A stretch of DNA of 52,290 nucleotides, counting the filler, from Ylistrum balloti (lineage: Eukaryota), in the NCBI RefSeq assembly GCF_031769215.1. It is 2 parts of 2 records of this genome, joined end to end, with 100 filler letters (N's around TTAATTAATTAA, not from the genome) between each part and the next. Parts side by side here need not be neighbours in the genome. Positions count along the whole stretch, not along the records: positions 29,378 to 52,290 come from NW_026782800.1; 1 more part is not named here. One strand, written 5' to 3'. The notes under the pieces are model-generated. The model made no database searches and had not been told where the DNA came from. It worked only from the letters and a program-made list of their open reading frames with translations. Positions 35,586-48,427 of the stretch are shown here, piece after piece. Each line of letters starts with the position of its first letter. The stretch's first letter is position 1. Position numbers and translations under genes: made by a program.

Positions 35586-36856
35586 ATTTTGTGTTAACGA
35601 GTTTCAAGTTTAAAAGACATCTAGTTCAGTTAGTGTTTTAGTTTTTGAAAGACTGGTTCAGTTAGGTTTCATATAAGACTCAATGTTCTTTTTCAGGTTA
35701 ATAGTGAAATTATCTCATTGACATGGTTAATTGACTTTATATTACTCATAACATGTACATTAGTGTTTATTATAACTTCATGAGTAAATTTAGTAACTAT
35801 CAATTCAATATTATGATAACAGTAAAGAAACAAATTTTACTTAAAATTCTTTACTTAAAAATGTGTATTTTCAGTTGATCAGAATAATGCTTTGGAAATG
35901 ATCCAACTATTTTTCTATGAAGAGAAAGATGTAATGTATGACGTAATGTATGACTGGAACTCTCCGGTCTCCAGAGGTAATAAAGGAATTCTGGCTAGCA
36001 GTCAGCATGGCGTCACGTTTTGAATATACAACATTGATATAAAGAAAAATTCAAAATCGTTAACATACAATGAAAAAAGTATCAGGGAGAGAATTTCCCC
36101 TTGGAAGAGCCCGATCTCGTTATCGAAGAAGTCCGAGATGCGACCTTTAAGACTTACACACGATTTCACACTTTCATATAAGGATTTAATCAATTTCAAA
36201 AGTTTCCCGCGTATTCCCAATTTTGATAATTTAAACCACAAATTTATACGATCAACTCGGTCAAAAGCCTTTTGAAAATCCACGAAGCAACAATACAAAC
36301 GTTTGTTGTTACTAAAAGACTTTGTAATTATTGAATGTAATGCAAATACAGCAGCAAATGTACACATTCCAGGGCGAAACCCAAATTGGGCGTCAGATAT
36401 TATATCATATGTTTCGCCCCATTTCAATAATCTACTATGTGAATAATATTCCAAGACAGTAGAACTTTCTCGGATAACAAACATTCATTTAATATACCAT
36501 CTAATCTATGTGCTTTTCCACGTTTCAATGAAATTATTGCTCGTGATTTTTCATCAATATAGATTTCATAATCTAATTCATTATATACTGGTATATCGAA
36601 TTCATTTTCAGTAAACAAAAACGAACCATAGTCTATATTTGTGCCGTTTCTAGGATTAGCGTCACTACCTCTTGACAAATCCTTAAAATAATTATATAAA
36701 ATATTCAAATTTACTTGAGGTCCCGATGACTTTTTCCTTGCAAACTTCTTATAGAATTGACGCGGATTATGTTTTCGTAGATATTCTAGCATGTCTCCTT
36801 CTATTCGAATATATTGTCTCTTTTTCTTGGATTCTAATGTTTTATATGCTCTCTTA

Positions 36857-37030
36857 CAACCAGGTGTTCTGATAATTTGACTTAACTGACTTGAAGCTAG
36901 AAATGAAACGTGTGAATCGGTAGGGGGTCTCTTATCGCACGGGGCTTAACCTACCTGTCATAAATTAAGACAGGGTGTTATTTACACAACGACAACTTGC
37001 AACAAACAATACAATACACACGTACAGTTA
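36857..37030 (+). repeat. 174-bp direct repeat, right copy
   Basis: 170/174 identical to 29856-30029. It abuts the truncated 5' end of the LINE. Confidence 0.9.
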
Positions 37031-37164
37031 AAGACATGATATTTATAATTGTGCTCATATTCTACGTGAAGTCACAATTGAATACGTTTGAATTTATCCA
37101 AATTGGTCGTGACCCAAATCATATTAATGTATTATTATCCGAGCCTAACATTCTTTAAAATCTC

Positions 37165-37715
37165 GTACCATGTCTCTCCTTAAATCTGGTGCTCACCCCA
37201 GTGCACTTAACCTTCTTACTGTAGCTAAACTGGTTAAGATTAAAGTGTATCCGTCTGTATTGTATGGTTGTGAACTATGGATATTCTCAAAAGCTGAAAT
37301 ACCCATGTTAGAAAGAGCACAAAATTTTATTGTTAAATCCATCAAAGGTTTTGAAAAACGGACGAGAACCGATATGTGTAACTCATTATTAGGTTGGACA
37401 TCTATTGAAGCTTATATTGATACAAGAAAGTTACTATTTTTGAGGCGAGTATATAGTATGAACAATATTTGCCACTAGATTTTTATGTTTAATACGAATA
37501 TTGCAAAACAAAGTGGGTTTATACCAGATATTGTACGGATCCTACGAAGGTATTCATTGTATGGTATTTTTTCAGATTTTATAAGAACGGGCTCGTTACC
37601 TGGTAAACGACAGTGAAAAACATTGGTAAATAAGTACGTATATATATTTGAAGAAAATGAATTGAAACAAAGAATGTCAAATGACAGTGACTTCCGGTTT
37701 GCGTCGATTCATAAC
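37165..37715 (+). pseudogene. LINE ORF2 3'-region fragment
   Basis: VYPSVLYGCELW...LERAQNFIVKSIKG...LLGWTSIEAYIDTRKLLF is typical of the post-RT region. It contains stops. Confidence 0.75.
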
Positions 37716-37724
37716 ATTGCTTAT

Positions 37725-39096
37725 GGAAACTTATAGCATTACTGCTAAGCATGTAGCTTGTTCAGCAAGTAGAGCTTTAGGTTTGCTAATTGCTAAATGT
37801 AAGGCTATGGGAGGACTTCCTTATAGTACTTACACTAAATTGTACGATGCTACCGTGTGGCCAATAATAAATTATGGTGCTGCTATATGGGGCTCTAGAC
37901 AATATAGTTGTATTATGGCAGTTCAGAATAGAGCGTGTCGTTTTTATTTAGGATTAGGTAGATACACACCCAATGCCGCTGTTCAGGGGGACATGGGTTG
38001 GAAACCAGTTGTGATTAAACAGTGGACAGCTGTTTTTCGCAATTGGGGTCGTTTTTTAAATGACATACCTCATGATAGGCTTAATAAGCACATTTTTAAT
38101 TGGTCTTATGATAGAAGTGTTATCGGTTGTAACAATACCCAACATGTGGTGCGTGAGAGACTGAGAAATCTAGATCTGTGGAGTTTTGTAAGTGGTCCAT
38201 TTAGCACTAAGGATCTTTTGAGGCAAGGTGAACTAAAAGGTATGGAACAGTTTGTAGAAGTTTGGAAAGAAGATGTGAATAGAGTGAACAGTAGAGGTGT
38301 GGGACAAGGATGTAATAAGTTAAGAATTTACAAACTTTTTAAGAAAGACTTTGTGACCGAAAAATATGTACAGATGATGATGCCCAAGGGGCACAGAAGT
38401 GCATTAGCTAAATTTAGAAGTGGTGTTGCTCCTATTCGTATTGAAACAGGACGGTATGAAAGACTACCTGTTGAAGATAGAATGTGTTTCAATTGTATAA
38501 ACAGTGTGGAAAATGAAAGTCATGTATTTTTTGATTGTCCATTATACTCTGGTCTTTGTGATAAATTGAATGCTCATGCTGCTCGAGTTGTCGAGGATTT
38601 TGATACTTTACAAATTTCTGAGAAATTATCAGTAATCCTTAGTAACCCAGAACTGATAGGTAATACTGCCAAAGTCTGCTTTCACATCTTAAGCAGCCGT
38701 AGGCATCTGCTATTTAGATAGTTTCCCTGTATGTCATCTAATCATAATGCATTATATTTCAGTTGCTAGGATTACTCTGTACTTTCTGTACATTATCAGC
38801 CATATTATTTCTTACTATTGTGACATTGTATATGTTCTACTCCAGTCTATACAAGTATATTTAAATGTTAAAACTTACTTGGAGACTTAAGTAATTAGTA
38901 TTTTTTTTAGGTAATTTCTTTTTTAAGTAAATACTTAAGATAGTGTCTCATAATTCAGTTTTATGAATGGACATCAGATATTGCTGGGTATGCATGCTGT
39001 CTTAAAGTTTTAAATGTGTACTAGTTTAACTGTATTTTACCAATTTTATTCTGATGTGTGACACTTAAATAAACAATATTGAATTTAATTGAATTG
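37725..39096 (+). mobile_element. 5'-truncated LINE (ORF2 C-terminus, 3' UTR and tail)
   Basis: KLYDATVWPIINYGAAIWG, KLRIYKLFK, AKFRSGVAPIRIETGRY and CFNC..ENESHVFFDC, with a stop at 38721. It ends AATAAAC...TTGAATTTAATTGAATTG. Confidence 0.88.
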
Positions 39097-39796
39097 CAAA
39101 ATATCCTCGGTACTGTAGATCTATACATTGTATTTTATGATGGTGTGTAACCCCTCGCAGGTCTAGCAATACAGAACTGTGTCATGTTTATGGAAAATTT
39201 TACAATGATTCTATAACTCATATTGTTCTAAATTGTGATGCAGGTATTAGAGACGAATTATGGTGCTATGTTATTAACATGTCAGATATTCAATTCAGTG
39301 TCCATATACATAACTTATCATATTTCGAATTAACTAATGCTCTGTTAGGCAGTCTATTAAAGTATGATTTATCTCCAGAGAAAACGGAACATTTCAGATT
39401 AGGCGCTATATCATATGTGTGTCAAATGTTGAAAAACTATTATCAGTAATCTGTTTTTCTGGTACATATAAGTACCAAAACCCTATATCTTGAAAATGTG
39501 TTGAAAGAATAGTTTAGTGAAATACTTCTTATTAACTATCAAAACATATTGTAACTTTATATATATGTATGTGCGTGTTGGTGTGTACGTGTGTAAATTT
39601 ATGTAATTTATTGCTGTTTATATAGTTGTCTTTGTAAATCTTCATATTTGGAGGAAATAAAGATAATAATAATAATTGTTGTTGTATATATACAAAATAT
39701 GTAACAGGTTATCAATACATCATACTGGTACAGATTTGGAGAGCTAGATATATAGAATAATTAAATATCAAATAAAAGGAAAAGATAATAACTTAC

Positions 39797-39986
39797 GTCT
39801 CCGATGTCTTGGAGGAATTTCCTGGATCGAACTTGGATCTCGTTGTCGCATAAATATCGCACGAGGAAGTGGGAATCCTGTCTGCCAAGTGTTCTTTTCG
39901 TCATGTTGATCATGCGGTCAGAAGTGGTAGCCGCACCCGTATTTACGTTGCGCTCTTGCACAACAACCCAGATGGCTCGTTAATCG
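39797..39986 (-). CDS. Candidate first coding exon of an unidentified host gene
   Basis: Acceptor TATTGTTTTCTTAG and donor GTAAGT. ATG at 39913 gives MINMTKRTLGRQDSHFLVRYLCDNEIQVRSRKFLQDIGD (phase 0). Downstream exons were not identified. Confidence 0.35.
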
Positions 39987-40258
39987 CTAAGAAAACAATA
40001 TATGACAGGTCTCGACGGTGTGTTCCCGGGATGCCAACATTTTTAAAATCACAACATGACATGTTATTGTTATAGTGGTTAGAAAGGGATAACAGTTCAC
40101 ATTATTATATAATACTTACCTGTATACGGTGGTGAGCCATGTATACTGCTTACCTGTATATCTCTAAGTGGTGAAAGTTAATTAAGTTAATTAAAACAAT
40201 ACAACAACTTTAAGTATGCCGATTCTGGTTAAGGCTGTCCGATACTTCAAATGATCGT

Positions 40259-40935
40259 ATGGTGAAACGTCTACACGATTGGTCTAAAACCAGGAGGGAA
40301 AGCTGGGATAAACGTGTTGGAAAACAGTTTAAAGAACATAATCTTGATGATTTTCTATTGCCTAATGCTATTCCTGGTTATTGTTTGAACCTAGCTAAAC
40401 GTAACTTCATTACGGTGGATAGTACTAAGTGGTATAGTGATCTATGGAATGATTCAGGGAAAATTAATTTCAATAAGTTGCGTACTTATCATACCTTTAA
40501 GAAGGAATTGTCCACTGAGTCTTATATACATCATGTCGTTAACTTTAGACATAGGCAAATATTAGCCAAGTTCAGATGTGGGAATTTAAAATTGAGTTTT
40601 TTTAGGTATTCCCGCCCACCTTTAGCAATTACTCCCTGTCCAAAGTTTTTAGAATTAGAACATTCAGATAAATTTTATTATATTATGTCTACTGACGGTT
40701 TCCAAACAGTCTTAGCCTCTTCCTTATATCATATGTACAGAAGAAGGTCTGCTTTTATTTATGTTTAATCCATAGTTTTTTTACATGTATATATATTTTA
40801 ATACTATATCGATCGTGTCTCGTAAGTCAAAATGGCTGGATGTCAATACATTTTACTAACCAGAATATTTTACTTGTACTGAACAAATATTTGTATTATT
40901 GACATGTCACACGTAAATACAATAAATACAATACA
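40259..40935 (+). pseudogene. LINE ORF2 3' fragment with tail
   Basis: NKLRTYHTFKKELSTESYI...RQILAKFRCGNLKL, then AATAAATACAATACAAT near 40920. Confidence 0.75.
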
Positions 40936-40951
40936 ATTAAGTTAGATGTGA

Positions 40952-41700
40952 GCAGAACTCCAAGCCAAGGTAGGAGACATTGTACAGAAGTTACCAACTT
41001 TCAACACCGCGAAGTCAACTTTATACAGAGCCCGACGCAAACAGTCACCCATTTTTATTGAAAGCAACATTTTGCTAATCAACAGACACCCAAACTACCA
41101 ACCACTACCGCAGACATTCAACTAGATGGAAAATGGCCCCAGACTCTCGACACACGTAATTTCGCCCTAAAAGTATATTTTCCATTAAGTGTTTATAATG
41201 CATCGTTACCCGAGTACAATAACACCACATCAGCCCTCTAAACATATTTCGTATATCAAAACTACACGTGTGCGCCCGATCAGGTTTAAGAAAACATCGT
41301 CAGAACGACGATTAGTATTAATGTACACACAACAAGATCGATGTTGTGTTTATTGCTAAAATCAAATATCAAAATATTTCTTGTAAATATTTAATTAAAA
41401 TGTTAACAAATTAAATATATATAAATCTAAAAAAAATCCGTCTGTTTGTGAAAATAAAACTGATAGACCGCATTCGGTTTCTGCTAAGTATGAACTTACA
41501 GGGGAAATAACGACAAAACAAACATCGTATTTCGTTTTCAAAACAAATTTTAATAATATCAAAGTTCAAAATAATTTAATAGTGAAAGGATACATCTGAA
41601 ATGGAAGAAGAATATATATATAATAAAGTTTCGCACTAAAAAATAGTTTTAGAGCGAAACAACCCAGGCAAACGGTAATTAGCGCGAAACGACCCGGAAC
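40952..41700 (+). mobile_element. Mutator-like (MULE) remnant
   Basis: 40952-41140 reads AELQAKVGDIVQKLPTFNTAKSTLYRARRKQ.P//KLPTTTADIQLDGKW, matching the pre-catalytic region of animal MULE transposases. Repeated GCGAAAC(A/G)ACCC motifs lie at 41655-41697. Confidence 0.55.
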
Positions 41701-43976
41701 ACTATAAATAGCCACATTCTGACGACAGTTTCCACATTGTGGTTAGAAAGTTAGCTGAATTCTGAAGGAAGCAGAGAACTGTTCGGTATGATGTTCGAGT
41801 ACACCTTTCTAATAAACTCTGTTGTTAGGTATTTGGCACCTAGAAACATTTAATCCAGATTGTTGTTACATGTATGCGTAGTCAAAAGATTCCATAAGAT
41901 ACTGTTACATTGTACTGCGAACGGGGTCATCATAGATGTATTATCATCAAGGGTCAAGGGAAGCAACTCCCGATGATACTTGTTTCCCTACACGGTAATG
42001 ATGGGCTCCACGTTTAAGAATCCCCTTAAATACAGTCCTGGTTATTTTCACTTAAGTTTAAATAAGTGATAACCTTTAAAGTAAACGTTGTCATAAGTTT
42101 TGTTGAATTTATATTAATCAAATATCTAAGAATTATGTACATATCATCTGTTTTATTTTCTGTTGATTGTATTGAGACTGGAAAATCGTATCCAGAATTT
42201 ATTATATGCTATGAACACATCTTTATCATCTGAAATATTTGCAGTTAAATGGAAATAACTAAACTGTGCATAGAACGAAATGTAAAATAGATACGTATAG
42301 AAATCCATTAAATCGTAACATCAATGTAGTATAATGTCTTACATTGTTTAAGTTAATGCGAACTTATTCACTATACGCTTTGCTTCATTGTTGATAAATG
42401 TGTTTTTCTTATATAGAATACAAACAATCTTTAGAGTAAGTGTTACAGAATTCCCTTCCGTTCTCCTCCCTAATGTATTTTACCATCAGCTGGCAGTTTT
42501 TCTAATTTACCAAACATTCTCTTTGACGTCTGAACCACTGCTTATAAAAGTTTCTAGTGCTGTGGAACGTATTACAACATCCGGGCCCTTCTTCCCCCAA
42601 AACCTGTCTGTGAACAGTTCTACATTATCACTATCTTAGAATTTTTTCTAATATAAGAAACCATATCTAACACTATCTGTATATATGTATAGTAGATCTG
42701 ATTTGTTGTTATAAACAACACACACTAGTAGTACTTGCGGCTTAACAAGTGATTTCTATCAGCACGGGTTACTGAAGTCTCTTGTAAACATATTGCGACT
42801 TCGCCTATTAGACGAAACCTAATAAAACGTGTTATCTCGTGTATTTATGATCAACTTCTTCAACACAAAGCTCACAACTAATCAATCAGCCCTCATATAT
42901 GATATTTAAATTAATTGAAATTAATAATTAAATAATCTTTTTATTGCATTTTAATAAGAAAACAAGATATATATTCGATTTATCCATAAAAGAACTGATG
43001 TATAAAAAGAATTCGGAAATATTCGGACATTCTTCGACGTTGGACAGTTTGACTTTGAACTTGACAACAAGACAACACCATTTTAAATTCGTCGCTTTAC
43101 GTGGTATTCTACTATTTTATGGTGTTATTTTTGTTAACCCCTAATTAGAGAAAACAAGAAATGTAGATGGAAAAAAAGTAAATGGAAACCAATTTACTTA
43201 ACACTGGCTTCATATGTGACCGAACAGAGAAATTGCCGAATTTATTTAATACGGTGGCTTAACATCACCCCTACCATTGGTAACGACTACGAAAGTTGTA
43301 TCGTCACTAGTGATAAAAAGATGTTTCTTATATCGTCACTGCTTTTATTTTCAAATTGACGTACTCTTCTATTTCACTGGCTGAAATGTAATAGAGCAAT
43401 GTCTGAGACAGTTAAGACGGCGATGTTCATTGTTCGCTATACTTCAAACTGCGGGTGTTGTCAAAGCAGAAGACGCTTACTATTCTGGAACACTTGATCC
43501 TTATACTTTTTCAGGAGTCTCCGTGAAAATATTTCTTTTCTTCATATTTTGCCCTAGTTTTATGTAATTTGAGTTTGAATTATGATTACGTTGACTGGAA
43601 TTTATGTTTCTTGTTTAGATGTTCCTACAATAGTGACGCCCATTTGTAAAGGTAAGCTTGTCATACATTATGAGTAGCTTGTCGATAATTTATGTGAACT
43701 CCAGTTCTAGATATCATGAAAATAGTGTTCAAGGGGAAATATTGATCGTGTAAGTCATACATTTATTCGCTTAGAAATGAACTAGAATGGAATTGGAAAG
43801 TTGTTCTACATTCTGAAGAAATGAGAAAAAGATAAAAGAAAATTATATTAAATTTCATGACGTTTATCAAATTTAACACTTTTGTTATATAAATATTGAC
43901 AAACTGCAAAATGGTATTCATATCATATAATAAAAACCTTAAGAGAAGTTAAGTTAAAAAGTACATACAAGACTGG

Positions 43977-44493
43977 TCACATACAACACCCATCACATAC
44001 AACACCCGTCACATACACCACTTGTCACATACAACACTCATTATATACACCACTTGTCACATACAACACCCATTACATACAACACTCGCCACATACAACA
44101 CCCGTCACATACAATTGTCACATACAACACCCGTCACATACAACAATTGTCACATACAACACTTGTCACATACACCACTTGTCACATGCAACACCTGGCA
44201 CATACAACACTCGCCACATACAACACTCGTCACATACAACACCCGTCACATACAACAATTGTCACATACAACACCCGTCACATACAACACCCGTCACATA
44301 CAACACCCGTCACATACAACAATTTTCACATACAAGACTTGTCACATACAACACCCATCACATACACCACTTGTCACATACAACACCTGGTACATACAAC
44401 ACTCGCCACATACAACACTCGTCACATACAACACTTGTTACGTGCAACACCAATCACATACAACACTTGTCACATACAATACCCGTTACGTAC
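43977..44493. repeat. ~16-bp minisatellite, ~30 degenerate copies
   Basis: Unit CACATACAACAC(C/T)(C/T)GT. It explains ORFs 44022, 44054 and 44179. Confidence 0.95.
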
Positions 44494-47400
44494 AACTGAT
44501 TCCTTTAAACATCAATGATAACGAGATAATCTATTAGCATTAAGATTGAACTGTAATTCAAAATTCATATTTAAAGCATTATCAATTGTTATTAATTAAT
44601 ACTATAATAATCTAGCACAGCGATATAAAAGTGACGAGATTGGTGCTACAGTAGATGTGTAAGCATACATTTTTGTTTTATGTTCTGTCTAGCTGAAATC
44701 ATCCACGGGGTTGCCGCCACCATTTGGCTTGTCATTACAACTGTGTTCCTCATCGTTGCTGTTATCTGGCTGTGGCTTATAGTACGAAAATTGAAAGGTA
44801 AGGGACAGTAATACTATATATATACTGTTAGATTGATTAACAAAATACTTCAGAAAATTACTGGGAAATTATTAATTTTCGTTTGGGATTTATTTTCCTT
44901 TGAATTCGAAGGAACACCTAATGAATCCATGAATCCATGTGTCCACGTAGTGATGGCATCAGTTTAATCAAGGACATTTTATTTCGCTAGCCACGAAAAT
45001 TGTTTCGAAATCAACGAAAATTGAACCCCACGATAACATTTTTTTTACAGAGTATTCGCGGTATAAATGAATTCTGGAACATTTTGTTTATATTTTCTAT
45101 TTTATTTATTTGTATTAATTCATTATATTGATATACACAATGTACAACAATTCAGAAGTATTTTTCAGCATTTGCACTGATATCGTATAATTATGCATAT
45201 TGTTTACGTAAGCATCAAATAATAACAGTAGTTGGAAGACAACGAAAAAATAACAACACGTCGACATAATTATAATCCAAAGTAGAATTCAATAAAACCA
45301 GGGCAAAACATCGACAAGAGAAAGATTGCAATCTCCTGAAAAGGTACAAGGAGAATAAACCCAGGTTCCGGAAGAATAAGCGTCCTTCAGATTTTTTTGA
45401 GGCGTTACACTATGTACAAAAATAATCGAGTAAAACATGGACAACATTTAATAGGAATATAGCGTTGGACCGACCTCGATGTTCTAATGCCAAACTATGA
45501 ATCCATGCAGAATATGGCATAATCTCCTTGATATAACGTGCTCGTGTTGGTGCATAATTCTTTTAGGATATTAAATCGAAATTAATGATAGATTATCATA
45601 ACTATCCCATAATTTGTTTGGTTTCATCTCTAAACAATACGCGACGTGTATGGATACACTTAAAAGCACCTTGGTTTTGTTCTCTTTATTCTCTGTAAAT
45701 GCAAACATGTCACGTGATATTGATATTTTTACGCTTCTTTTTATTAACAGAACTTTTACATGAACGTTTAGACTACGAGATGGTGAATAGGTAAGTACAC
45801 AATCTATGACATAAACAAAAACGTCCATAGTTACAGAATTGTACATAAATAGAAGTATATACATCAAACATATCTTCATCAGTATAGTATATTGATTTAA
45901 GAATAAGCTAAATAAGTATTGACATGAAATGTATATGAGTATTCTATAATGTACGTATATTTGTGATAGATATTAACGCCCCACTTTCTTTTGACATCGT
46001 AGATTTCCAGACAAGGATGAGCATGTATACAACATGCCTGAAACTGATGAAATACCTACTACGTAGACAGTGGAGGAAGAAGAGGACGACTAGGCCTTTA
46101 GATATATATCTGTGGCAATATTTACGTCTCTCGTTTATATCATGAAATTAACGAGGAGTCAGTAGTTACATAGTTCAAAATGAGATAAACTCGATTTTTT
46201 TATACTACAAACTCGGTGTGTTCTTTTTTGTAAGAACTTCTATTCTACAAACTCGATGAAATTGGGAATAGATAGACAAAAAAAGAAAAAAAATCCTTAA
46301 CAATGAAACAAGAAGAATAAGGTTAGTTATTCCGGGTTTCACAGACGGCACCCGCCATGTGATTCTGAGTCAATCATAATAATGTCACGTTGTCAAAAAT
46401 TAAGCCATGTCAATGAACCGGGGTCATTAGGTACATTATCATCGATCACTTCCTACGTCATATTTCACAAAGATTTTTTACCACTTTCATTGAGAATAAA
46501 ATTCTCACCGTAGTCTTCATCAACCTGCTTCTCTAGGGAATTGATTTGTAAATGATTTCATTACTGTTTAGTGGGTAATAAAATAAAGTAACGACCCGAA
46601 GTCAATTACTTGGATTGATCTACATTAATTAATAATAATTAATAATAGATTTCAGGAGCGTGTGTAAATCATACACGAAACAGATGACCCCCGTTGCCGT
46701 TTACATGGTTCTAAGTATAAACATTGTTCTTTTGGTTGCGATGGATCAAATTGGTAAGGGTTGCATACCTTTTCACATTCAGAGAACTTTCAAGATGAAG
46801 CCAAATGGCTGACGAAAGTCAATCTTTTTTCAATTCAATGTTGGGAGGTTGTTTAAGGTAAAATGAAGGTGACAACATACAAAGCCGTCTTAGAGCAGAC
46901 TAACTGCAACTGTAACTTGTTTTGTAGACATATGTTATCATATTATAGTGTTAGGTAACATGTTTTGTACAAAAATAAAATACCTATCGCACACCAGACT
47001 TTTTTTTATCTATTGTCATACAAGGAATGCATCACCCTGGCCATGGTTTATATATTAATGATGGAAACACTACACAACATTTATGTAATTATGGGTCTAT
47101 GTTTATGTGATATAACCATTCCATGTTTCTGTTGACCTGCCCCCTTTACTGTGTAAAATAACATACCACACAACTCCTGGCTGACCAACCGGAAGTGGTT
47201 TATTGCCGCTTACGTAATACACAACAATTACATAGCCGCTTATAGCATTACAAAATTATGTTACATACTGGGTGTTAGTATAACTGGACATCTTTGTATT
47301 GAATAAAAAGTTTTCGCAACCACTGTTACAGAGAGCAAACATGGACAACGTCACTTCCGGTATTTAGAAAAAGGTTCACGGGGTCTGTCTAAAGTAAAAT

Positions 47401-48036
47401 GCAAAAAGCAAAGATTGAAGGAAGACATCTCGCATCTTGAAACAAATACATAACAGATAATTGTTCCTTTCATAACCCAAGTTATTCTGTAGCAATATCC
47501 TGTATAAATATTGCTAAAACTCTCTTAATGTATAAGAATACTAAACGTACTAGCGATGCGGCCGTGCAAAATAGGGAGTTTGAAAAAGTCTATGTTGACA
47601 CATTGAACTCCAGACTTGATGAATTTCAAAGAGTGATAATTGACCATTTACTAAATTGTCTTACAAGTCTTGCAACAACCTCACTTCCTTCCCTCCCTCC
47701 CCCCCCCCCACCCCCACTCCTTTCCATATCGTTTTCCCAAATTTTTCGTTATCATTAAGGTCACTTATTTAGAAAAATCAAAGCGAAATTCATATTTAAT
47801 TGTTGAATATACCTTAATCCAAACCAAAATGTGATAAAAGTTTCAATAACATTTATGTTTCAGCTGTACACTAAAGATCATAAAGAGACACACTGGTGAA
47901 TATCAGATGAAATGTTGTCTTTATGTTCACTAAATAAAGATAAATACATAACAGTCGGTAAGTCATCGGGATTAAAATTTCTCTACACTATAAAGACATA
48001 ATTGTCACATAATGTTTGTGATCTATGACCCTACAA

Positions 48037-48280
48037 TATGACATTAGTGATCACCTCACGTCTGTCTTTATGACGTCACTTTACATTATGATATTAGCGA
48101 TCACTTCGCAATTGTCGTTTATGACGTCACTCTACAGTATGAATGGCAACACAACGTGTTTTCTTTGTGACGTTTTGACAAGAATATGACTATATTGATC
48201 ACCTAACTTTTGTCCTGTGTGAGGTTACTTTAAAATATCACAATAATGGTAACTTGATATATGTCCCTTATGATGTTAAT
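48037..48280. repeat. Degenerate ~51-bp tandem repeat
   Basis: TATGA(C/T)ATTAG(T/C)GATCAC...TTTATGACGTCACT units, with TGACGTCA at 48071 and 48122. Confidence 0.65.
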
Positions 48281-48427
48281 CTTCAATTTATCAAAAAGTA
48301 TTATACATAATATAGGTTAGGTTCACGACTTTGCTTTACAATATTAAATTCATATCCATGTATTACTGCTATAGCACAATAGTAACAAACGTCATGCTTT
48401 GTTAATATGAAAGAATACATCTTGTAA

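Larger units (their letters stand above)
31402..36033 (+). mobile_element. Ty3/Gypsy LTR retrotransposon, full length but inactivated
   Basis: Identical 104-bp LTRs (TG...CA) at 31402-31505 and 35930-36033. PBS TGGTGTCAGAA at 31506-31516 (tRNA-Leu-type 3' end) and PPT GAAGAGAAAGA at 35919-35929. The 5-bp TSD is GTGAT/TTGAT (1 mismatch). Domain order is gag-PR-RT-RH-IN. Confidence 0.97.
30030..36856 (-). mobile_element. 5'-truncated, degenerate LINE (APE-RT type with C-terminal CCHC; RTE-X/CR1-like), split by a Gypsy insertion
   Basis: RT motifs QFGFRPG, FVDFQKAFDRV and GLFQGEILSLILFSLYVND lie in 36034-36484. YTDD and downstream domains lie in 31401-30829. The C-terminus has IESGRY...CNMC..EDEYHFIFEC, followed by a (GAATT)n tail. 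Removing the Gypsy element plus one TSD copy restores the frame (FEFFFISHCNSHYEFQDFSLFLMLYTDD). Confidence 0.9.

Noticed and set aside
44022-44537. His/Thr-rich ORFs in three frames
   Set aside because: They are translations of a 16-bp minisatellite.
47152-47330. Possible solo LTR (TG...CA with AATAAA at about 47302)
   Set aside because: There is no target duplication and no match to any LTR in the window.
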